A DNA stretch of 64,000 bases. Source: Azolla caroliniana (lineage: Eukaryota; Plantae; Polypodiophyta). Positions 54,171-64,000 of this stretch are shown here, piece by piece; the stretch's first letter is position 1, and every line of letters begins with the position of its first letter. The stretch is taken from NCBI GenBank assembly GCA_043228905.1, contig JBHGNT010000016.1, positions 124,001-188,000 on the forward strand, read 5' to 3'. The notes under the pieces were generated by a model. The model made no database searches. It was not told the DNA's origin and saw only the letters and a program-made list of their open reading frames with translations. A program made the translations under genes and the position numbers.

Positions 54171-57100
54171 TTTAATTGACTAACGCGCTCTTCTCCACTA
54201 CCTCCTCAAATTTGCTAATTTCTTCATGTCTCTCGACCTGAGTTTCAAAATCTTGATTTTTTAATTCCATAACATAGCTAGCACTGTTAGCTTCGATTCA
54301 CATGTTTGAACACAAAAATCCGATATCACACGAGCCACGGATGAACATTTTAATTTACCTACTAGCGCTTGTCAACTCCTTCCTCAAATTTGCTAATTTC
54401 TTCATGTCTCTCGACCTGAGTTTAGAAATCTTGATTTTTTAATTCCATAACATAGCTAGCGTTGTTAGCTTCGATTCGCATGTTTGAACACAGAAATCCG
54501 GTATCACACGAGCCTGGTATGAACATTTTAATTTACTAACGCGCTCTTCTCCACTACGTCCTCAAATTTGCTAATTTCTTCATGTCTCTCGACCTGAGTT
54601 TCAAAATCTTGATTTTTTAATTCCATAACATAGCTAGCGCTGTTAGCTTCGATTCACATGTTTGAACACAAAAATCCGATATCACACGAGCCACGGATGA
54701 ACATTTTAATTTACCTACTAGCGCTTGTCAACTCCTTCCTCAAATTTGCTAATTTCTTCATGTCGCTCGACCTGAGTTTCAAAATCTTGATTTTTGAATT
54801 CCATAACATAGCTAGCGTTGTTAGCTTCGATTCGCATATTTGAATACAAAAATCCGATATCCCACGAGCCACGGATGAACATTTTAATTTACCTACTAGC
54901 GCTTGTCAACTCCCTCCTCAAATTTGCTAATTTCTTCATGTCTCTTGACCTGAGTTTCAAAATCTTGATTAATTAATTCTATAACATAGCTAGCATTGTT
55001 AGCTTCAATTCGCATGTTTGAACACAGAAATACGATATCACACGAGCTAGGTATGAACATTTTAATTTACTAACGTGCTCTTCTCCACTACCTCCTCAAA
55101 TTTGCTAATTTCTTCATGTCTCTCAACCTAATTTTAAAAATCTTGATTTTTTAATTCCATAACATAGCTAGCGTTGTTAGCTTCAATTCGCATGTTTGAA
55201 CACAGAAATCCGAAATCACACGAGCTAGGTATGAACATTTTAATTTACTAACGCGCTCTTCTCCACTACGTCCTCAAATTTGCTAATTTCTTCATGTCTC
55301 TCCACCTAAGTTTAAAAATCTTGATTTTTTAATTCCATAACATAGCTAGCATTGTTAGCTTCGATTTGCATGTTTGAACACAGAAATCCGGTATCACACG
55401 AGCCTTGTATGAACATTTCATTTACTAACGCGCTCTTCTCCACTACCTCCTCAAATTTGCTAATTTCTTCATGTCTCTCGACCTGAGTTTCAAAATTTTG
55501 ATTTTTTAATTCCATAACATAGCTAGCGCTGTTAGCTTCGATTCGCATGTTTGAACACAGAAATCCGGTATCACACGAGCCTGGTATGAACATTTTAATT
55601 TACTAACGCGCTCTTCTCCACTACGTCCTCAAATTTGCTAATTTCTTCATGTCTCTCGACCTGAGTTTCAAAATCTTGATTTTTTAATTCCATAACATAG
55701 CTAGCGCTGTTAGCTTCGATTCACATGTTTGAACACAAAAATCCGATATCACACGAGCCACGGATGAACATTTTAATTTACCTACTAGCGCTTGTCAACT
55801 CCTTCCTCAAATTTGCTAATTTCTTCATGTCTCTCGACCTGAGTTTCAAAATCTTGATTTTTGAATTCCATAACATAGCTAGCGTTGTTAGCTTCGATTC
55901 GCATATTTGAATACAAAAATCCGATTTCCCACGAGCCACGGATGAACATTTTAATTTACCTACTAGCGCTTGTCAACTCCCTCCTCAAATTTGCTAATTT
56001 CTTCATGTCTCTTGACCTGAGTTTCAAAATCTTGATTAATTAATTCTATAACATAGCTAGCATTGTTAGCTTCAATTCGCATGTTTGAACACAGAAATAC
56101 GATATCACACGAGCTAGGTATGAACATTTTAATTTACTAACGTGCTCTTCTCCACTACCTCCTCAAATTTGCTAATTTCTTCATGTCTCTCGACCTGAGT
56201 TTCAAAATCTTGATTTTTTAATTCCATAACATAGCTAGCGTTGTTAGCTTCGATTCGCATGTTTGAACACAGAAATCCGGTATCACACGAGCTTGGTATG
56301 AACATTTTAATTTACTAACGCGCTCTTCTCCACTACGTCCTCAAATTTGCTAATTTCTTCATGTCTCTCCACCTAAGTTTAAAAATCTTGATTTTTTAAT
56401 TCCATAACATAGCTAGCATTGTTAGCTTCGATTTGCATGTTTGAACACAGAAATCCGGTATCACACGAGCCTGGTATGAACATTTCATTTACTAACGCGC
56501 TCTTCTCCACTACCTCCTCAAATTTGCTAATTTCTTCATGTCTCTCGACCTGAGTTTCAAAATTTTGATTTTTTAATTCCATAACATAGCTAGCGCTGTT
56601 AGCTTCGATTCACATGTTTGAACAGAAAAATCCGATATCACACGAGCCACGGATGAACATTTTAATTTACCTACTAGCGCTTGTCAACTCCTTCCTGAAA
56701 TTTGCTAATTTCTTCATGTCTCTCGACCTGAGTTTCAAAATCTTGATTTTTTAATTCCATAACATAGCTAGCGTTGTTAGCTTCGATTCGCATGTTTGAA
56801 CACAGAAATCCGGTATCACACAAGCCTGGTATGAACATCTCATTTACTAACGCGCTCTTCTCCACTACCTCCTCAGATTTGCTAATTTCTTCATGTCTCT
56901 CGACCTGAGTTTCAAAATTTTGATTTTTTAATTCCATAACATAGCTAGCGCTGTTAGCTTCGATTCACATGTTTGAACACAAAAATCCGATATCACACGA
57001 GCCACGGATGAACATTTTAATTTACCTACTAGCGCTTGTCAACTCCTTCCTCAAATTTGCTAATTTCTTCATGTCTCTCGACCTGAGTTTCAAAATCTTG

Positions 57101-58085
57101 ATTTTTTAATTCCATAACATAGCTAGCGTTGTTTGCTTCGATTCGCATGTTTGAACACAGAAATCCGGTATCACACAAGCCTGGTATGAACATTTCATTT
57201 ACTAACGCGCTCTTCTCCACTACCTCCTCAAATTTGCTAATTTCTTCATGTCTCTCGACCTGAGTTTCAAAATCTTGATTTTTTAATTCCATAACATAGC
57301 TAGCGTTGTTAGCTTCGATTCGCATGTTTGAACACAGAAATCCGGTATTACACAAGCCTGGTATGAACATTTCATTTACTAACGCGCTCTTCTCCACTAC
57401 CTCCTCAGATTTGCTAATTTCTTCATGTCTCTCGACCTGAGTTTCAAAATTTTGATTTTTTAATTCCATAACATAGCTAGCGCTGTTAGCTTCGATTCAC
57501 ATGTTTGAACACAAAAATCCGATATCACACGAGCCACGGATGAACATTTTAATTTACCTACTAGCGCTTGTCAACTCCTTCCTCAAATTTGCTAATTTCT
57601 TCATGTCTCTCGACCTGAGTTTCAAAATCTTGATTTTTTAATTCCATAACATAGCTAGCGTTGTTTGCTTCGATTCGCATGTTTGAACACAGAAATCCGG
57701 TATCACACAAGCCTGGTATGAACATTTCATTTACTAACGCGCTCTTCTCCACTACCTCCTCAAATTTGCTAATTTCTTCATGTCTCTCGACCTGAGTTTC
57801 AAAATTTTGATTTTTTAATTCCATAACATAGCTAGCGCTGTTAGCTTCGATTCACATGTTTAAACACAAAAATCCGATATCACACGAGCCACGGATGAAC
57901 ATTTTAATTTACCTACTAGCGCTTGTCAACTCCTTCCTCAAATTTGCTAATTTCTTCATGTCTCTTGACCTGAGTTTCAAAATCTTGATTTTTTAATTCC
58001 ATAACATAGCTAGCATTGTTAGCTTCGATTTGCATGTTTGAACACAGAAATCCGGTATCACACGAGCCTGGTATGAACATTTTAA

Positions 58086-58106
58086 TTTAGGGTTTAGGGT
58101 TTAGGG
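58086..58106 (+). repeat. (TTTAGGG)3 insert, copy 7
   Basis: Read directly; +18744 from copy 3. Confidence 0.95.
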
Positions 58107-60777
58107 TTTAATTTACTAACGCGCTCTTCTCCACTACGTCCTCAAATTTGCTAATTTCTTCATGTCTCTCGACCTGAGTTTCAAAATCTTGATTTTTTAA
58201 TTCCATAACATAGCTAGCGCTGTTAGCTTCGATTCACATGTTTGAACACAAAAATCCGATATCACACGAGCCACGGATGAACATTTTAATTTACCTACTA
58301 GCGCTTGTCAACTCCTTCCTCAAATTTGCTAATTTCTTCATGTCTCTCGACCTGAGTTTAAAAATCTTGATTTTTTAATTCCATAACATAGCTAGCGTTG
58401 TTAGCTTCGATTCGCATGTTTGAACACAGAAATCCGGTATCACACGAGCCTGGTATGAACATTTTAATTTACTAACGCGCTCTTCTCCACTACGTCCTCA
58501 AATTTGCTAATTTCTTCATGTCTCTCGACCTGAGTTTCAAAATCTTGATTTTTTAATTCCATAACATAGCTAGCGCTGTTAGCTTCGATTCACATGTTTG
58601 AACACAAAAATCCGATATCACACGAGCCACGGATGAACATTTTAATTTACCTACTAGCGCTTGTCAACTCCTTCCTCAAATTTGCTAATTTCTTCATGTC
58701 GCTCGACCTGAGTTTCAAAATCTTGATTTTTGAATTCCATAACATAGCTAGCGTTGTTAGCTTCGATTCGCATATTTGAATACAAAAATCCGATATCCCA
58801 CGAGCCACGGATGAACATTTTAATTTACCTACTAGCGCTTGTCAACGCCCTCCTCAAATTTGCTAATTTCTTCATGTCTCTTGACCTGAGTTTCAGAATC
58901 TTGATTAATTAATTCTATAACATAGCTAGCATTGTTAGCTTCAATTCGCATGTTTGAACACAGAAATACGATGTCACACGAGCTAGGTATGAACATTTTA
59001 ATTTACTAACGTGCTCTTCTCCACTACCTCCTCAAATTTGCTAATTTCTTCATGTCTCTCAACCTAATTTTAAAAATCTTGATTTTTTAATTCCATAACA
59101 TAGCTAGCGTTGTTAGCTTCAATTCGCATGTTTGAACACAGAAATCCGAAATCACACGAGCTAGGTATGAACATTTTAATTTACTAACGCGCTCTTCTCC
59201 ACTACGTCCTCAAATTTGCTAATTTCTTCATGTCTCTCCACCTAAGTTTAAAAATCTTGATTTTTTAATTCCATAACATAGCTAGCATTGTTAGCTTCGA
59301 TTTGCATGTTTGAACACAGAAATCCGGTATCACACGAGCCTTGTATGAACATTTCATTTACTAACGCGCTCTTCTCCACTACCTCCTCAAATTTGCTAAT
59401 TTCTTAATGTCTCTCGACCTGAGTTTCAAAATTTTGATTTTTTAATTCCATAACATAGCTAGCGCTGTTAGCTTCGATTCGCATGTTTGAACACAGAAAT
59501 CCGGTATCACACGAGCCTGGTATGAACATTTTAATTTACTAACGCGCTCTTCTCCACTACGTCCTCAAATTTGCTAATTTCTTCATGTCTCTCGACCTGA
59601 GTTTAAAAATCTTGATTTTTTAATTCCATAACATAGCTAGCGCTGTTAGCTTCGATTCACATGTTTGAACACAAAAATCCGATATCACACGAGCCACGGA
59701 TGAACATTTTAATTTACCTACTAGCGCTTGTCAACTCCTTCCTCAAATTTGCTAATTTCTTCATGTCTCTCGACCTGAGTTTCAAAATCTTGATTTTTTA
59801 ATTCCATAACATAGCTAGCGTTGTTTGCTTCGATTCGCATGTTTGAACACAGAAATCCGGTATCACACAAGCCTGGTATGAACATTTCATTTACTAACGC
59901 GCTCTTCTCCACTACCTCCTCAAATTTGCTAATTTCTTCATGTCTCTCGACCTGAGTTTCAAAATCTTGATTTTTTAATTCCATAACATAGCTAGCGTTG
60001 TTAGCTTCGATTCGCATGTTTGAACACAGAAATCCGGTATCACACAAGCCTGGTATGAACATTTCATTTACTAACGCGCTCTTCTCCACTACCTCCTCAG
60101 ATTTGCTAATTTCTTCATGTCTCTCGACCTGAGTTTCAAAATTTTGATTTTTTAATTCCATAACATAGCTAGCGCTGTTAGCTTCGATTCACATGTTTGA
60201 ACACAAAAATCCGATATCACACGAGCCACGGATGAACATTTTAATTTACCTACTAGCGCTTGTCAACTCCTTCCTCAAATTTGCTAATTTCTTCATGTCT
60301 CTCGACCTGAGTTTCAAAATCTTGATTTTTGAATTCCATAACATAGCTAGCGTTGTTTGCTTCGATTCGCATGTTTGAACTCAGAAATCCGGTATCACAC
60401 AAGCCTGGTATGAACATTTCATTTACTAACGCGCTCTTCTCCACTACCTCCTCAAATTTGCTAATTTCTTCATGTCTCTCGACCTGAGTTTCAAAATTTT
60501 GATTTTTTAATTCCATAACATAGCTAGCGCTGTTAGCTTCGATTCACATGTTTAAACACAAAAATCCGATATCACACGAGCCACGGATGAACATTTTAAT
60601 TTACCTACTAGCGCTTGTCAACTCCTTCCTCAAATTTGCTAATTTCTTCATGTCTCTTGACCTGAGTTTCAAAATCTTGATTTTTTAATTCCATAACATA
60701 GCTAGCATTGTTAGCTTCGATTTGCATGTTTGAACACAGAAATCCGGTATCACACGAGCCTGGTATGAACATTTTAA

Positions 60778-60798
60778 TTTAGGGTTTAGGGTTTAGGG
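60778..60798 (+). repeat. (TTTAGGG)3 insert, copy 8
   Basis: Read directly; +2692 from copy 7. Confidence 0.95.
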
Positions 60799-63469
60799 TT
60801 TAATTTACTAACGCGCTCTTCTCCACTACGTCCTCAAATTTGCTAATTTCTTCATGTCTCTCGACCTGAGTTTCAAAATCTTGATTTTTTAATTCCATAA
60901 CATAGCTAGCGCTGTTAGCTTCGATTCACATGTTTGAACACAAAAATCCGATATCACACGAGCCACGGATGAACATTTTAATTTACCTACTAGCGCTTGT
61001 CAACTCCTTCCTCAAATTTGCTAATTTCTTCATGTCTCTCGACCTGAGTTTAAAAATCTTGATTTTTTAATTCCATAACATAGCTAGCGTTGTTAGCTTC
61101 GATTCGCATGTTTGAACACAGAAATCCGGTATCACACGAGCCTGGTATGAACATTTTAATTTACTAACGCGCTCTTCTCCACTACGTCCTCAAATTTGCT
61201 AATTTCTTCATGTCTCTCGACCTGAGTTTCAAAATCTTGATTTTTTAATTCCATAACATAGCTAGCGCTGTTAGCTTCGATTCACATGTTTGAACACAAA
61301 AATCCGATATCACACGAGCCACGGATGAACATTTTAATTTACCTACTAGCGCTTGTCAACTCCTTCCTCAAATTTGCTAATTTCTTCATGTCGCTCGACC
61401 TGAGTTTCAAAATCTTGATTTTTGAATTCCATAACATAGCTAGCGTTGTTAGCTTCGATTCGCATATTTGAATACAAAAATCCGATATCCCACGAGCCAC
61501 GGATGAACATTTTAATTTACCTACTAGCGCTTGTCAACGCCCTCCTCAAATTTGCTAATTTCTTCATGTCTCTTGACCTGAGTTTCAGAATCTTGATTAA
61601 TTAATTCTATAACATAGCTAGCATTGTTAGCTTCAATTCGCATGTTTGAACACAGAAATACGATGTCACACGAGCTAGGTATGAACATTTTAATTTACTA
61701 ACGTGCTCTTCTCCACTACCTCCTCAAATTTGCTAATTTCTTCATGTCTCTCAACCTAATTTTAAAAATCTTGATTTTTTAATTCCATAACATAGCTAGC
61801 GTTGTTAGCTTCAATTCGCATGTTTGAACACAGAAATCCGAAATCACACGAGCTAGGTATGAACATTTTAATTTACTAACGCGCTCTTCTCCACTACGTC
61901 CTCAAATTTGCTAATTTCTTCATGTCTCTCCACCTAAGTTTAAAAATCTTGATTTTTTAATTCCATAACATAGCTAGCATTGTTAGCTTCGATTTGCATG
62001 TTTGAACACAGAAATCCGGTATCACACGAGCCTTGTATGAACATTTCATTTACTAACGCGCTCTTCTCCACTACCTCCTCAAATTTGCTAATTTCTTAAT
62101 GTCTCTCGACCTGAGTTTCAAAATTTTGATTTTTTAATTCCATAACATAGCTAGCGCTGTTAGCTTCGATTCGCATGTTTGAACACAGAAATCCGGTATC
62201 ACACGAGCCTGGTATGAACATTTTAATTTACTAACGCGCTCTTCTCCACTACGTCCTCAAATTTGCTAATTTCTTCATGTCTCTCGACCTGAGTTTAAAA
62301 ATCTTGATTTTTTAATTCCATAACATAGCTAGCGCTGTTAGCTTCGATTCACATGTTTGAACACAAAAATCCGATATCACACGAGCCACGGATGAACATT
62401 TTAATTTACCTACTAGCGCTTGTCAACTCCTTCCTCAAATTTGCTAATTTCTTCATGTCTCTCGACCTGAGTTTCAAAATCTTGATTTTTTAATTCCATA
62501 ACATAGCTAGCGTTGTTTGCTTCGATTCGCATGTTTGAACACAGAAATCCGGTATCACACAAGCCTGGTATGAACATTTCATTTACTAACGCGCTCTTCT
62601 CCACTACCTCCTCAAATTTGCTAATTTCTTCATGTCTCTCGACCTGAGTTTCAAAATCTTGATTTTTTAATTCCATAACATAGCTAGCGTTGTTAGCTTC
62701 GATTCGCATGTTTGAACACAGAAATCCGGTATCACACAAGCCTGGTATGAACATTTCATTTACTAACGCGCTCTTCTCCACTACCTCCTCAGATTTGCTA
62801 ATTTCTTCATGTCTCTCGACCTGAGTTTCAAAATTTTGATTTTTTAATTCCATAACATAGCTAGCGCTGTTAGCTTCGATTCACATGTTTGAACACAAAA
62901 ATCCGATATCACACGAGCCACGGATGAACATTTTAATTTACCTACTAGCGCTTGTCAACTCCTTCCTCAAATTTGCTAATTTCTTCATGTCTCTCGACCT
63001 GAGTTTCAAAATCTTGATTTTTGAATTCCATAACATAGCTAGCGTTGTTTGCTTCGATTCGCATGTTTGAACTCAGAAATCCGGTATCACACAAGCCTGG
63101 TATGAACATTTCATTTACTAACGCGCTCTTCTCCACTACCTCCTCAAATTTGCTAATTTCTTCATGTCTCTCGACCTGAGTTTCAAAATTTTGATTTTTT
63201 AATTCCATAACATAGCTAGCGCTGTTAGCTTCGATTCACATGTTTAAACACAAAAATCCGATATCACACGAGCCACGGATGAACATTTTAATTTACCTAC
63301 TAGCGCTTGTCAACTCCTTCCTCAAATTTGCTAATTTCTTCATGTCTCTTGACCTGAGTTTCAAAATCTTGATTTTTTAATTCCATAACATAGCTAGCAT
63401 TGTTAGCTTCGATTTGCATGTTTGAACACAGAAATCCGGTATCACACGAGCCTGGTATGAACATTTTAA

Positions 63470-63490
63470 TTTAGGGTTTAGGGTTTAGGG
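63470..63490 (+). repeat. (TTTAGGG)3 insert, copy 9
   Basis: Read directly; +2692 from copy 8. Confidence 0.95.
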
Positions 63491-64000
63491 TTTAATTTAC
63501 TAACGCGCTCTTCTCCACTACGTCCTCAAATTTGCTAATTTCTTCATGTCTCTCGACCTGAGTTTCAAAATCTTGATTTTTTAATTCCATAACATAGCTA
63601 GCGCTGTTAGCTTCGATTCACATGTTTGAACACAAAAATCCGATATCACACGAGCCACGGATGAACATTTTAATTTACCTACTAGCGCTTGTCAACTCCT
63701 TCCTCAAATTTGCTAATTTCTTCATGTCTCTCGACCTGAGTTTAAAAATCTTGATTTTTTAATTCCATAACATAGCTAGCGTTGTTAGCTTCGATTCGCA
63801 TGTTTGAACACAGAAATCCGGTATCACACGAGCCTGGTATGAACATTTTAATTTACTAACGCGCTCTTCTCCACTACGTCCTCAAATTTGCTAATTTCTT
63901 CATGTCTCTCGACCTGAGTTTCAAAATCTTGATTTTTTAATTCCATAACATAGCTAGCGCTGTTAGCTTCGATTCACATGTTTGAACACAAAAATCCGAT

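Larger units (their letters stand above)
1970..64000. repeat. 178-bp tandem satellite array (~350 monomers, one orientation), probable centromeric or pericentromeric satellite
   Basis: Monomer ~TAGCGTTGTTAGCTTCGATTCGCATGTTTGAACACAGAAATCCGGTATCACACGAGCCTGGTATGAACATTTTAATTTACTAACGCGCTCTTCTCCACTACGTCCTCAAATTTGCTAATTTCTTCATGTCTCTCGACCTGAGTTTCAAAATCTTGATTTTTTAATTCCATAACATAGC; spacing 178 (e.g. ctagcg at 2147 and 2325). Centromeric status is inferred from monomer size, homogeneity and HOR structure. Confidence 0.97.
28950..64000. repeat. Large tandem duplication within the satellite (unit ~17.3 kb; second copy has 1422 bp extra)
   Basis: Offset 17322 for ~28.95-33.15 kb (29279/46601, 30626/47948, 32154/49476), then 18744 for ~33.15-45.25 kb (33280/52024, 35406/54150, 44726/63470). 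Confidence 0.9.
56950..64000. repeat. Second run of the 2692-bp telomere-containing 15-mer HOR (cut by the window end)
   Basis: Markers at 57029/59721/62413 and tracts at 58086/60778/63470, spacing 2692. Confidence 0.93.

Noticed and set aside
12386-63208. Dozens of 60-146 aa ORFs (MELKNQ..., MFEHKNP..., MFIRGS...) in the ORF track
   Set aside because: They are translations of satellite monomers that appear or vanish with single-base variants; no gene structure or recognisable domain. Used only as spacing markers.
1970-64000. CRISPR-like repeat-spacer interpretation
   Set aside because: The entire 178-bp unit repeats; there are no unique spacers or cas genes, and the context is eukaryotic.
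1970-64000. Identification as Arabidopsis CEN178 or as a 5S rDNA/tRNA array
   Set aside because: Only the length matches CEN178; no 5S or tRNA sequence is recognisable in the monomer.

Overview
Plant-type (TTTAGGG-telomere) heterochromatic, probably centromeric, window. Bases 1-1969 are the 5' part of a Ty1/copia LTR retrotransposon on the minus strand: a ~633-bp 5' LTR (1337-1969), a tRNA-Met(i) primer-binding site (1325-1336), and an uninterrupted gag-protease ORF (ATG at 1235) that runs off the left edge and is missing from the supplied ORF track. From 1970 to the end is one head-to-tail array of ~350 AT-rich 178-bp satellite monomers in two main subtypes. The array is organised into nested higher-order repeats (HORs: 2-, 4/5-, 10/20- and two different 15-mers) and a ~17.3-18.7-kb mega-duplication. 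The most unusual signal is a (TTTAGGG)3 insertion flanked by a 9-bp direct duplication inside one monomer lineage, now present in 9 copies and built into a 2692-bp HOR; it looks like a telomerase-healed break that was later amplified. All ORF-track entries after 1970 are satellite translations, not genes. Species and satellite family cannot be named from the sequence alone, and offsets were counted by hand from marker variants.
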